Of a stretch of DNA of 64,000 bases, positions 24,097 through 37,603 are shown piece by piece. Within the stretch, counting starts at the first letter, position 1. The number at the start of each line of letters is the position of its first letter. The position numbers and the translations under genes are program-made. Origin of the DNA: Octopus bimaculoides (Eukaryota); contig NC_068992.1 of assembly GCF_001194135.2 (NCBI RefSeq), positions 2,932,424-2,996,423 on the forward strand. The letters run 5' to 3'. The notes beneath the pieces are model-generated. The model ran no database searches. It saw nothing but the letters and a program-made list of their open reading frames with translations, and was not told where the DNA came from.

Positions 24097-27000
24097 AAGC
24101 TTGTGTGTTTTAAGGACCAACTTGACTACTTATGCTTACAAAGAAAAAGTCCTGGGGTCGATTTGTTCGACTAAAGGCGGTGCTCCAGTATGACCACAGT
24201 CAAATGACTGAAACAAATAAAAAGAAAAAATCACAAAATATAACAAATTAAAAAATGCTAAATTTTTGCACAGACTAACAAAGATTTATATCTATAAGAC
24301 TTATTAAAGGGAACCATCACAATATAACTTAGATTTACAAATAAAGAATAGGCTTTCATCGTAACTCCAAGCTAAACTGAAATACAAATTATATCAATAG
24401 AATTGAACCACATGGCCATTTTGCATGTTGAATGAATGAATCTAGTCTCAACCATTAAATCAATTATCAGTGTGTTTGTTATAGGAGGTCTTCATACTTA
24501 GGAAAATCATTCATTGGTTCCTGAAAAGAGTAATAATGGTTTGTTTTCAATAATGGCAGTCTGAAACATTGTTCATCTCTCTGCACTGCTATAAATGGAA
24601 TTCATTTTAATATAGCAAATTAACAAAGAAAATTTAATTGGAATTTTGTCAGATTTCTTTTCTGTCAGTTTGTGTTTGACTGGTTTTTTAATTTATGATT
24701 TTACAATTTAAAAGATCTCTTGGTATATTTAAACAAAATGATATAAGCAAGATCAATAGAAGACTAGTTAACAATTTTAACTTAGAACTTGACAGAACAT
24801 GTTTTACATTTCTATTGAAGATGCTTAAATGTTTTTTAAATTTCATTTCTTTTCTGATTGATTCAGTTTTTTTTTAAAGTTTCATAAATGACATTTATCT
24901 CTTTTCATGTATTATTATTAAAGAAGCTTGTATATCATTTTTGTGCCTTGATGGCTATTATAATATGTCTAAGTATTCTTGAAGCTGTTGAATTATATGA
25001 AGTGTCTCTTTTTCTAAATAAGTCATTAATCCATAATGTTGATTTTAAAGTAATAAGGAATATAAGCATATTTTTGCAACTTAAATAAGATATCAGTGAT
25101 CAGACAGGACTCCTGCTGCTCGTAGCAGTAAGCAATATTTTATAACAAGACCTACTTACTAACATGGTGGACAGAACTATCAAAAGTTAAATGGATTTGC
25201 CACAGGGACAGTACAAGACAGCTGACCTTACAGGAATTGTTGACTTCTCAGACAGTTGCCGAAAATTATATTTATTTGTCAGTTATAAGAAATTTATCAG
25301 CAAAGACCTATTGAAACCAAAATTATGGATTAATGGCTAAGAACACCTCATCAATGGGGCTCATAATATCTAGAGACAAATCCTAACAAACTTGTATTTC
25401 AGTTAAGGTTGTCAATGACTGTTTTCATCTCATTAACAATACACAATTATCTCAAACTATTGTTAGATTTTGTTGCAATATGACAACTTCACTGTAAATA
25501 AGCAGTTCCAAATATGTATAAATAATTTAATGAACACAATATATTTTTTATGTGCTACTATTAGTTTCATGTGCTAAGAGCATGCCACACCATGTTTTTT
25601 AACATGTCAAGTGGATGAATGGAACAAGAACGTAATGGATGACAATAAAAACAGATGGATGATACAAAGACGAACAGGAAAACCAGAATGGAACATTTGT
25701 GGCTTTCTATTCCTCAGTCAAGCTTCCAATCATCATTACGCTTTCGGTCTGTTACACTTGAGACTGTTCAATATTGGTAGACCCCAATAATCTAAGCTAA
25801 GGGCATTAAATTTTTGGAAGAAAGCGAGTGAATATGTGCATCAACATGGACCAAAAAAATCGAGAAAACGGAGAAAATGTTACACGATTACAAGGATAAG
25901 CATATTAAAAGGGCTCTGTGGAAAAACTCATTTAAATAAAAGGGGTCCTTGGTAGTAAAAAAGGTTGGGAATCACTGGAATATAAGAATATTCATGTACA
26001 AAAATTTGTGATCAGATATTTAAAAAATTCATTCCAAAGAGTTTGTCTAAAAATCAAAGTTTGGTTGATGCATGCTGGCACAAGCAGGAAATGTTTTATG
26101 TATAGCTCCAAGAAGCCAAAAACTGAAGAATAACTTTTTAAAAACCTAATTGATGTTCTGTTTTATTGGTTGGAACATTCTGTAAGTAAAGATGTACATT
26201 TGCTGCCGTTAATGCATACGCACATATATGGAATACAGTTTTGTTAGGTATAACATTTAGAAGAAATTGCTATTGAAACAATTTTCTAGACCTACAGACA
26301 ATTATCTGTTTTCAAGCATATACCTTGGCATGTAAAACTAGATCTGACTTGATTGCCATTCCATTCTGGTATGAGCATCCTGTACATGCTGTCTCCCACA
26401 GGATATAATGTCAGTAAAAAATGTTGAACATAAAAAAGAAGCAAGAAAAATGAAATTTTTTTATAACTGTTATCTCTGGCACTTCCTCTTGTCTTCCTCT
26501 TACACGACTCACTGTCAAAATTACTTTCTTTTGTTTGCTGCAAGAGAAAGGTTAAACATTTTAGAAATTGCTAGATTATAGAAAAAATGCTAATAAAGAA
26601 ACAGAATGAATATAAATCAGTCTTTGTCTCTAAACTGCTGTGATGTTTGTTATGAAGGTTTTGGATATGTTTCAAATAATCCTTACAGCTTTGCTCCAAT
26701 TACTTTTTACTCGTAAAATAAAATACAGAAGGAATGGGAAGAAATATGTGAACCGTTTCTAACAGTTGCCATTTTCTACAATGAATAGTTTTACTATTCT
26801 CCAAGTTCAGTTCCTAAATCGTTGACCTCAATAACTTTCTATAGAATTCATGATTTTGGCAATGAAAAGAAAATGAAAATTTAATAAAAGTAGAAAATTA
26901 AGGGTTTCGAAATTTATCATTTGCTGTATGTGTACTTGTGTGTGTGTGTGTCTGTGTGAATCTGAATATAAAACTGACTTCCATTCTAAAGATCAAAGAA

Positions 27001-29645
27001 AATCCTTGTCTGGTCTCAGCTTACTTGATATTTAGGTACAGGGTAGGTTGTAGATGTGTGGTACTTGGGAACAAAATACAAGTAAAAAGGTACAGTAAGT
27101 GGGATTTCTGGCAGTAAGTAGGATTTCTTGTATGTAACGTTAGTCTTAGTTTGTATGAATCCTCAATGAATTAAGTTTGTGTTATAGGAGAAAGGAGAGA
27201 ATGAATGATGTGTGTTGTGATTAGTTGAGACTTTGAAGTGGTGGAGATGTAGTAGCATATTAGAAATGTCTAATAGCTGTCACTAAACTGCACAAATCAA
27301 TAACCATAGTCATATACTTACGTATAATGGTTTAGTTTGGAATTCATAAACAAACACGAAGTAAGGAATATGCAGACACAGAGAAAAAAGTTTTCAAGCA
27401 ATATGAATGCAAATTAAACTCTTTTATTGTACTGTTTTAAAGCATTGATTATGTGATTTTAAATTGAATGTGTGTTTGTGTTTTTGTGTGTGTTTAAAGC
27501 AGAAATTAGGCTTGTGATTTGTGTTCTAAGAAATAATTTAGAAAACAGAATAAAACAATGAAAAATTCTTCTCTAGATGAACCTATATTACAAATTACTT
27601 TTAGGTCTATTTTATTACTCTTGTCATTTCTGCTTCCTTTATTGCAGTAAGCAAAGCAATTCAAACTGCAATTAACCAAAATATAATCTCTAAACTGACA
27701 GAAGCCTTGTGATATTACTTTTTAAAAATTATTACTTAAAAATTTAATTTCCTTTAGCTATCAAAATGGAAACCAGGGAAAAATAATTTAAAATACAGTA
27801 AGGAGTAAATATAGGGAAATAAAACTCTCTTATGATTGCAAATAAAGTTTTTTAAATAATTACATTTTTTCAAATTTATTTTTTGTTTTCAAAAAATCAC
27901 TGTGAATTGCAATGTGAAAGAAAAGATTTAAGAGATATGCCTAAAACGAATAGTTTTACCATAAAATAGTCCTGACTGAAAGTGATTCTGAGTTCTTGGC
28001 CTTTGCAACTGCATCTGTATTACTTATGTTATCAGTGGTAGTTTCAAAGATGTACTGTGAAGATGTAAGATTTAGATATACCATCTGCACTATTAAGTCA
28101 CATTTTATGGTTTAGATTTCTGTTTGTTGACCTTATCAGCGTCCAAGATGAACATGCAATCTTTTTATTTCCTCTTTTTGAAAATTTGTTTTAAAATATA
28201 CTGTGTTGCTTCAATTTATATCCAATTCAAGAATCAATTTCTTTGTGTCCAAACGTTCCAGTTGTCTTCTACTTTCATAAAATTTCTAAATAATAATTGA
28301 GTTTCAGACAATTATCTGATTTAAAATTCCATCATAGTCTAGGATACCATTTTATCCAATGTTTATATCAGAGGTTTTAGTCAGAGCTTTTGTAAACCAT
28401 CAAATAAGATAGTAATTTATAATTTATGACTACAAAGTCATTCTGTATTTTGTTCTTATATTTTGCTATGGTACATAGCTAACTCATTCGATACCTTGCT
28501 AATATATATAGCATAACTAAAAGCAAAAAGAAAGAATTCAAACTCTTAATTCTTCAGTTACTAAACTGGAACCCAATCTCCTCAGTTATTTCAACTCCTT
28601 ATAACTGATGATGAAATATCAGTTATTATGAAGATATACATCATTTAAACTTTATACCATATACATATAGCCTACACATATAAGCAACAGTTTGTCTTGT
28701 ATATACCTGTCTTTTGTCATTATTATACATGGCAAGAGATTTTATATTGAGAATATTAAGAAGCTTATTAGATTTAAAAGACTAATCTTATAAAGAATTT
28801 AATCAAAAGACTAACTGAAAGCTGTTTCTAAAGTTATTTAATACCTCTTATTCTATAGCCATGTAAAACGGCCAAAGATCACAGCTGGCCATGACATTGT
28901 AATGTCACCCAATTATTAATGTTTCATTCCTCCCACAGATGAAATAGAATTTTCTGGCTTTGTTAGAGCCTCTGAGACTGATGTCAGAAAGGGAAAAAGA
29001 AAAACCATGATTGTTGTGTTACTACACTGAGAAGCCATGTAGCAAGAAGTCAAGTTATCCTCACCCTGGAGAGACTTGGTCAGAAAGAAAACAGACACTT
29101 GAGAGGACCAGCTAGACTTTTGATCCATACAAGGAATGTAGCGTACCACTCTAAACAAAGTGATACAGGCCATGTGACAGGATATTGTCTTTATCAATGC
29201 TTAGATTAACCCAGGGTTGTGGTAACAGGCACTTACCCAAACTTCAGTGTTGAAGGGTGAGACCTGAAGCTATGGAATTAAAAAGCAAACTTCTTAACCA
29301 TATGGCTGACCTCCATACTCTTTAGTAAAGACCATTTTTCTTTAAAATGTGCTGCAGAAGATACAGTTTATGAATATAACCACCAACAATAATATTGAAG
29401 AGACAATACTTTTACAGACAAATTATTTTCGGATGAGCTGTATCATAACCAGGAGAAACATTTGTCTGAAAAGTCAAGAAATATAAGTTCTTAATTTACT
29501 GAATATTTAGTTTTTTTATAACACTTTAAAGATGCCAGCCGAGCATTTGATAAAATATTATATACATAAAGTGTATCATGTCACCCAAGGGTTCGACATA
29601 ATGCCTATAAATGGTATTGCATTTTTTAAATTGCTACCTATTGAT

Positions 29646-29722
29646 GCCACGGACATATGGCGTAGTGGTTAAGAGTGCGGGCTATTAACCCCAAGATTCC
29701 AAAGTTCGATTCCAAGCAGTGA

Positions 29723-29767
<45 letters not shown>

Positions 29768-29910
29768 CAACAACATTGAAAAATACCTTAGGAATGAGAA
29801 CCCAGGTTCGAAATTTCCCCAAGACACCTGATGAAGGCTGGAGGGTATATCAGCCAAAACATGTTAACAACAAACAAGATGAGGACAAATATCTGTCAAA
29901 TGTAAATAAT
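29646..29910 (+). mobile_element. tRNA-headed hammerhead SINE (single copy, lacks the 3' ~30-nt tail)
   Basis: gccacggacatatggcgtagtggttaagagtgcgggctattaacccc...agttcgattcc...(AAT)n...gacacctgatgaaggctggagggtatatcagccaaaacatgtt. Confidence 0.88.
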
Positions 29911-29922
29911 ATAAACTTTCAG

Positions 29923-29985
29923 TATTCGAATACCTGTAATCCAGGTGCCATCATCTATATTCTTGCCTTTATTGTCCAGGCTCAG
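29923..29985 (+). CDS. Candidate exon: 63 nt (YSNTCNPGAIIYILAFIVQAQ) or 6-nt micro-exon 29980-29985
   Basis: Consensus donor CAG|gtgagt at 29986; two possible acceptors (tttcag at 29922; ttcttgcctttattgtccag at 29979). Confidence 0.25.
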
Positions 29986-30040
29986 GTGAGTTTATTCCAG
30001 TGGATAACATGGTCCTAGCTACAATGTCTGTGAAATAATA

Positions 30041-30231
30041 TCATCATCGTCATCATCATCATTTAACATCCATTTCTATGTTGGCATGGGTTGGATAGTT
30101 TGACAGAATTTCATGAGCCATAAGACCACATCGAGCTCCAATGTAAATTTTGGGCACAACTTCTACAGCTGGATGCTCTTGCTAATGCCAACCATTTACA
30201 CAGTATGCTGAGTGCTTTTTTCAATGCCACC
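30041..30231 (-). mobile_element. RTE-type 3'UTR/tail repeat
   Basis: catcatcatcatttaacatcc..ggcatgggttggatag..ttctacagctggatgc..ctaatgccaacca. Confidence 0.75.
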
Positions 30232-32164
30232 TGATTGTGAAGAAAAGAAAGGAAAAAAAAGTGGGAGGAAAGTAAAAGAAGGAAAATGCCTCCTTGACTA
30301 TACCTTGGGGTAGATAGCATTTGAGAACTATTTGGGGTGGGTTGATAATTCATCAAGTAGAGATTTTCATGATTAGAGGAAAGATTTGGCTGCTATTTTT
30401 AGCTGGTTGAGTGACCATATCGTTCATAATCTATTTTTCAGTGCCATTTTACTTTGCTGGAAAAAATTGCATGAGTCTGCAATATCGTACCTTAAAAATA
30501 TATTCTTATACGCATATTTCTACATGTAGGTTAAACGGTGCTGTAACACTGATTGAAAACATAATGTGCCTGAATTTAAATTATTTATTCAAAGAAAATT
30601 ATTTATTCTTACCAATGAAGTATTTTATGTCCTTTATTTTATTAAGAATTCTAAATTATTTTGATCAACAAATTATTTTTCAGAATATCTACTTCAGTTC
30701 TGTATACATTACCATGCAAATAATTATTTCTTACAACTAAAAATGGTAACATGAAGCATATTTCCTAAAGACAGCAGCTGAAACAAATGTTTCTTTGGTT
30801 TTATTTTATTTTATCTTTTTCTGTCCAAAGTCAAAGAGAATATAATAAATATTCTATTCTCTTCTTCCAAGCTTGGGTTTAACTCTTTTTCCCTGTACAA
30901 CCATTGTCTCTTCTCACACTGTCTACAAGAATTTTAACAATTCTCTGCTTAATTGCTTTATCTTATTGTATTTTTTTTTTATCTTATTGTTTTCTCATTC
31001 ATAGAATTTTATCTTTAAAAGATCTTCAACAGAAAGAAAAGTGCTCATTGTTTTCAAATGTCAAAGAATGTTTAATCAAACAAAGTGGAAACAATTCTGG
31101 GAAATTAATGCAATGTGCCATTACTATTTTCTCAATCTTCATCAAAAATTCCCATTTCATCCTGTTTGTTGCCAATACTCTAGAATTTGCTTTATTCTCT
31201 ATTTTAAAAACGGTTTATTTGTCAATCATTATTTTTTTTTTCTGCTCAAGGAATTGCCTGTGCTTTTACCCAACCAGTGCTAGTGGAAACTATTCTTTTG
31301 ATACAGATACGGAATGTATTATCATTTGGTCTTATTCTTATCAGGATGGAATTAAACTGTGTGGTGGTTTAAAACCTGGAAACTAAACTTAAGTCGATAC
31401 CAAAGTAGATGGAAAACTATCCAAAATATTGTTCCAATAGCAACTCAGACATGCTTATAAAACAAGTGATACTTCAGAAACCAGAATCTGCTTTGATTCT
31501 ATCTTTAGCCATGAAAATTTAGCATTTTCCATAAACCAGATAATTCTCGTTGTTGAGTAGCTAGTATATTGTTGATGAGCGGTAAGAGGTTAATGTGCTT
31601 TCCTTAAAAACACATTAAGCACTTGAGACAGGTGTGCTATACATAAAAAGCTATACATACAAGAACAAACTTGTAAATATTTAATTCAAACCTCTCTAAT
31701 AGCATGTGTGTGTGTGTGTGTGCTGAATATATATATCATGTATGCTGAATATATATCAACACTTTTGACTCTGCCAACTATCATTTCTGCTTGTACTCAC
31801 CGTCACTGTCTCAAAAGTGACAGAGGCAACCATTTAACTGTGAAGCTAAATCTACTGGAAATTTAGTCTTTTGTAGCATTCATTTAAGGATCATCACCCC
31901 TAGAATTTTCGTGAACACAGTCTTGCATTTGACATCAGCAAAGCATTCAAGTGTCTGACATGCAGATTTCCTGGTAAAATTCTATTCACCTCTCGTCTCT
32001 TGGAGAGTGACTTCATATCAGTTGCAACATCATACCATGTGCTAACAGAACCCTCTATGACCCGCAATCTATAATCTCTGGTGTTCTTCACATTCTTCCT
32101 TCCATGCATCAATGATATATCTGTTGCCACTTCAACAATCTATATTCCTCTATAGATGATGCCA

Positions 32165-32500
32165 CCTTTCATTTCCCATAAATAATGCAGTCTTTTCAGC
32201 TGCACCTAAAAGTCAGAGGCGGAAAGGGATAAACTACCTGCATCAACTTGCTATAAAAGTAGGTAGTAATTTTACCTTGTACTTATTCTTAGAGCAAGTT
32301 TTGAAGAGTGCAGTTCGATTTAACAGTCATTTTTTCAAAGCTATAATAGAAGTGACAAAGGAGCATATTCAGCATATTTTGCTTTATGAGTTCAATAATG
32401 GCAACAGCGTTATGGAAACTGTGAGGAATATTAATGCAGTATATGGAGATCAGACAATAAGCGTAAGCCAGTGTCAACGGTGGTTCCAGAAATTCTGAGC
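32165..32500 (+). pseudogene. mariner transposase 5' fragment (HTH), truncated by a SINE and a gap
   Basis: KEHIQHILLYEFNNGNSVMETVRNINAVYGDQTISVSQCQRWFQKF matches the mariner N-terminal HTH. Confidence 0.85.
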
Positions 32501-32571
32501 CAGAAACCACACCAGCATCGGTTTTCAAGTGATGGTTGAAGGACACAGGCAGACACGCTCACACACATAAA

Positions 32572-32899
32572 NNNNNNNNNNNNNNNNNNNNNNNNNNNNN
32601 NNNNNNNNNNNNNNNNNNNNNNNNNNNNNNNNNNNNNNNNNNNNNNNNNNNNNNNNNNNNNNNNNNNNNNNNNNNNNNNNNNNNNNNNNNNNNNNNNNNN
32701 NNNNNNNNNNNNNNNNNNNNNNNNNNNNNNNNNNNNNNNNNNNNNNNNNNNNNNNNNNNNNNNNNNNNNNNNNNNNNNNNNNNNNNNNNNNNNNNNNNNN
32801 NNNNNNNNNNNNNNNNNNNNNNNNNNNNNNNNNNNNNNNNNNNNNNNNNNNNNNNNNNNNNNNNNNNNNNNNNNNNNNNNNNNNNNNNNNNNNNNNNNN
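32572..32899. other. Assembly gap
   Basis: N-run. Confidence 1.
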
Positions 32900-33211
32900 G
32901 TCGCCTTTATATATATATATTTATATTTATATATTTATATATTTGATCCTTTATATTGAACACTCAATATTTCATCTACATTCAATACTTTCTTTCATGG
33001 TGCCATCCATTTTTATTTTATTTTATTTTATATTGTATATTGTATATCATATTATATATTGTACATTCCATATTCTATACCCCACATTAGTTCTGCAGGA
33101 ATATAAATAAAACATAAAAAACAGACAGTGTTGGAACTCTTTTAAGCAAAATAATATATTCCTCTATACACAATCATACAAAAAAACCCATTTTTTGTAT
33201 TTATTTTTACT

Positions 33212-33260
<49 letters not shown>

Positions 33261-33261
<1 letters not shown>

Positions 33262-33420
33262 ATGGGCTTCTTTCAGTTTCTGTCTACCAAATCCCCTCAC
33301 AAGGTTTTGGTCAGCCCAATGCTATAGTAAAAGATACTTGCCCAAGGTGCCGCGCTTGTGGAACTGAATCTGGAACCATGTGGTTGAGAAGCAAGCTTCT
33401 TACCACAAAACCACACCGGC
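33261..33420 (-). mobile_element. CORE-type tRNA SINE 5' half
   Basis: Reverse complement: tRNA-like head, ggcaccttgggcaagtatcttttactatag CORE-like segment, aactgaaagaagccc. Confidence 0.8.
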
Positions 33421-34003
33421 GCCGATGTTGGCATATATCATTCCGAGAATACTTTTTTGGTTCTTGTTTCAACCCCAAAACATAATTAAAAAGACTTAAA
33501 AGTTACAATCAATATCAACACCATGTTTAATAATCATTTTTTACTTTATTCTTTTAAAACTGCTCTAAAAAAAATAAATAAGCTATTAAATCTGATGCAG
33601 TACCTTATTAAAAAGTGAACTGAGGTGATTAAAATGTGTGTGTGAAGGGTGTCCTGTGAATAATAGTTGCTACAGTCATATGTCAGGAATTTTCTTAGAT
33701 TTACCAATGTTGGTAAAGGGGAATCATTTTACCACTCTCTCTCTTTTTCTATCATTCAAGTTTTTTTTTTCTAATTTCTTATTTATTTCTTTGCAGTTTT
33801 CTTTATTTGTCTCTAAATTTAGTGGTAGTCTTTCAATTAAAGGTTACTAAAACACACATAAAAACTTTCAAATGTTCCTTTAACTTGTTGGAAATATATT
33901 GATCTTTAGCCATAGTGAAAGCTTTCATTATTCAGCTCCAACCATCAGTGTACCCAAAACATTGTTTTTGCTGCAATAATAATAATAATAATAATAATAA
34001 ATG

Positions 34004-34262
34004 TCCTGATGTAGTACCAGGCTTTGGCTCTCATGGCTTCTGGTCTTAATTGATTGGAAGTGTTATCATGTACATTGCTTTGTCTTGGTATAAAAAGATG
34101 GGATACAACAAATATTCTACACAATACCACAGATTTGCTTGTCAGTTGTTTGACCTTAACCAGTTGAGCATGTCCCTTAGTGGCTGACGATATGTGCATC
34201 TCTGATCATGAGCAGAAGTAGTGGGGGAGCATCATAGCCATGTGTTGAGAGGAATTCTTTGG
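34004..34262 (+). mobile_element. Interspersed repeat fragment (SINE-like, family unassigned)
   Basis: GC-richer block gtggctgacgatatgtgcatctctgatcatgagcagaagtagtgggggagcatcatagcc, recalled as a common octopus repeat; single copy in this window. Confidence 0.4.
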
Positions 34263-34451
34263 AATTTGGATACTTCACTTCTGGAAACACGGGTGTTTCA
34301 TTCATTATCCTTAAACAACCACACTTTTCATTACATACTGTAGAGTATCTCTGTTCCATTACTGAATGTTATTCAAAGTGTCAGCATTTACAAATGGGAA
34401 AAATGATCAACAATTTATTAATTATGTATACAAGAATTTCAGGTGGTATTT

Positions 34452-34827
34452 TTGTCTTTTACTTGTTTCAGTTATTAGACTGCAGCCATGCTGGAGCAGT
34501 CCTGAAGAATATTTAGTTAACGGAATCAACCCCAGTACTTGTATTTTCTTTTAGCCTGGTACTTATTCTATCTGTCTTCTTTGTCAAACTGCTAAGTTAC
34601 AGGGACATAGAACCGGCCTCAGTTGTCAGGTAGGGGAGAAACAAACACTGACACACATATACATATGTACAATGGGCTTCTTTGAACTTTTGTCTTCCAA
34701 AGTCACGCTCAAGGCTTTGTTGGCACGAGTATATAGTAGAAGACACTTGCCCGGGGTGTCACACTGTGGGACTGAACCCAGAACCATGTGGTTGAGAAAC
34801 AAACTTCTTACCACACAGCCATGCCTG
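34452..34827 (-). mobile_element. CORE-type tRNA SINE, full length
   Basis: Colinear with 44314-44724: head, CORE, (TA/TG)n, 3' half, tail. Confidence 0.85.
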
Positions 34828-35886
34828 CACTTATATTTATATTCATATAGTTTTCCACTATTTTTCTGTTTTTGTCTTTTTTCTTTTCTCTTTGTCCCTT
34901 TGAACTCTTTTGAATTAAACTACTCCTTCAGGACAAAACAGTTCTATTTTGATTGGTTTTACATTTATCAACACATTCTGAGAATAAGAAAGAGTTCTGA
35001 GATCTTGGTGTCAATACTGGGAGAGTATTGTAGTAGCTGAGAGAAAATAAATATTTGTGAATAAATAAATATTTTGTAAGCCGTCTTTAGCATACTAAAT
35101 TCCTTTGGTTTTTGCTGTAATTTTATTTGTCGTGTTTTTCAGATAACTTCTTTCCAATCTAAGTCCTGTCTTGACTGAATCTCACAAATATTTACAAATG
35201 GCAATGAATATGTTTCGACATGTTGAAGTATATTGCATTACTTGGTGTCATTGAAACTTTCACTTCTAAAAACTTTCCTTTATTAAATGTTCCCTTGGGT
35301 AACTACTGCCACAATAATGGCTTTGCTTTTATTAATGTCTTCAGAAATATGTTATATTATGACTATGGGAAGCAAGTGGTTCCACAGAGTTACAGACCAA
35401 CCTTTTCAAATCTCACTAAATCAGCTCCAGAATCAATATTGAACCAACTGGGGTCAAATCAAACATTTCCCCTTTAAATACATGGAGGTTAATTAACAGA
35501 ACATTATTCTAAATTATGGTATTCATTCCTCTATGATCATAGTGATGTCAAAGGGAATATTCCAATATATTTCCTTTATCTCTTTATATCCACTTCTTAT
35601 GTCTGTGCAAATGGTTTGGTTTTTGATAGAACAAATGGTTTTATAGCTGGATACCATTTCTGTCTTCCCTAAACTAGGACTATAATCTGTTTTGCCAGTC
35701 AGGAAACCTGAGTGAGACCAGCTGAGCCGATCATCCCTGGGGCACAACACATTGCCTTTAAAGATGATTGAACTTTGAGTCAGTTATGGATGGCTACGAA
35801 TAAATACTGAAAATTTATGGACCTGAAGAAAACTTTTAACAACATTCTCCTACCCCACATATAGAAAAATACTGATAATCATACAT

Positions 35887-35957
35887 ACAGGTATGGCGTA
35901 ATGGTTAAGAGCACAGGCTAATAACCCCAAGATTCCAAGTTCGATTCCAAGCAGTGA

Positions 35958-36005
<48 letters not shown>

Positions 36006-36181
36006 TAATAATAACAACAACAATAACATCGAAAAAATACCTTAGGTATGAGAACCCAGGTTCAAAATTTCCCCCAAGACACCCGATGAAGGCTGGAGGG
36101 TATATCAACCGAAACGTTGTGTTAACAACAAACAAGATGAGGACAAATATCCGTCAAATGTGAATGATGTAAATAATGTAC
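35887..36181 (+). mobile_element. tRNA-headed hammerhead SINE (single copy; HHR 36078-36123 has U4C)
   Basis: tatggcgtaatggttaagagcacaggctaataacccc..agttcgattcc..(AAT)n..gacacCCGATGAaggctg..caaccGAAAcgttgtgtt. Confidence 0.88.
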
Positions 36182-36211
36182 TCTATATTATTATCTTGCT
36201 AGCAATTGAAT

Positions 36212-36428
36212 GTGGGGAGCTGGCAGAATGGTTAGCACACTGAGAAAAATGCTTAGCAGCATTTCATCCATCTTTGCGATCAAAGTTCAAATTCCACCAT
36301 GGTCAACTTTGCCTTTCATCCCTTCAGTGTCGATGAAATAAATACCAGTTAAACACCGGGGTCAACGTAATCGATTGATCCCTTCCCCACAAAATTTCGA
36401 GCCTTGTGCCTATAATAGAAAGGATTAT
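36212..36428 (+). mobile_element. Nin/Deu-domain tRNA SINE
   Basis: gagctggcagaatggttagc...agttcaaattcc...gtcaactttgcctttcatcc...tgtgcctataatagaaaggattatt. Confidence 0.85.
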
Positions 36429-37560
36429 TCTGTGAGAAATTATTACAATAAGCATCTCTTTCCATGTTTAAAATTTAAAAAAAAAGCTCAGAATCTGAAG
36501 ACAACTTTTCTCAATCAGAATGGATTTAATTGTAAGATATTAATATTAAAGCAGAAAAAGAAAATACTTAATACCTGTGTGTGTGTGTGTGTGTCTGTCT
36601 GTCTGTCTGTGTGCATGCATGTGTTTGAGTGTGTGTGAATGCATTTCTTAGGATTTAAGAAACTTCTATAATTATTATTCAAGTTTGTGTGTGTGTGTGT
36701 GCGTGTGAATGCATTGCTTAGGATTTGGTTTGTTATTCAAGTTTCATTAATGCTGGTCAAAGAGATCAACTGATTGCCATCTGTTGACCTGAAACTCATG
36801 GTCTTAGACTGTAATTTATAATCCTAACTTCCCCCTCCTCCTCCTTTCACTCACCCTTCCCTCCATTCCTCTCTATTTCTATAGTAACCAACCATTATTA
36901 TTATGCTTACATTCCTGTGTCACGTGGATCTGAGTACAGGGACATCACTGCCATTCTCCTTCATCATTTATCATTTTCGTTCCAAGGCTCAACACGCTCA
37001 GATAACACCACTACCTCCAGATCCCTGATATTCCTCAGTCCATCTGGTACCATCTTTCATCTGCTCACAGCAATTCTCTCACCAGTTTTGTATTCTTCAT
37101 TCTCCTATACAGCTATATCAGTGTAGTCGTGTCTGTTAGAGATGACAACAAGTCACTTTCTCATCTCCTTTTTACTTCTTCTTCTTCTTCTTCTTCGTAA
37201 AAGACATCTAACAATCCGTGCTGAACTTGTATATCTATGCAACTTTCTTGCTGAACAATACTCAGAACTACACTGGTTGTGTAATGTTACTTTACATCAT
37301 AACTGAATTTTATTTTTACCAGTGAGTAAACAACCCAAAATTATGAACCATTGAATACAATTTTTTTGCATTTACTTCTATTATCTCGAGTCCAGATCTT
37401 AGTGACATCACCTCAGCTTTTACTTTTCTGGGTTTTCCTAACATACATTAAAATACAAAACTGAATTTCCTTCAGTTGACTATGTCCTCTTCTATGCAAA
37501 ATAGCTTTGTGGTTAATTAAAATAAACAATATACTTAATCACTTGCAGTTTAAACTGAAT

Positions 37561-37603
<43 letters not shown>

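Noticed and set aside
26292-26543. Minus-strand ORF/exon (YPVGDSMYRMLIPEWNGNQ; alternative frame CTGC...H)
   Set aside because: Weak donor (gtatat), ambiguous acceptor, zinc-finger spacing non-canonical.
30904-31386. 160-aa ORF, with a possible exon from ~31251
   Set aside because: AT-rich low-complexity composition, no good donor, no recognisable domain.
31790-32150. GC-richer minus-strand segment with a 76-aa ORF
   Set aside because: Looks like a decayed transposon ORF, but no motif could be assigned.
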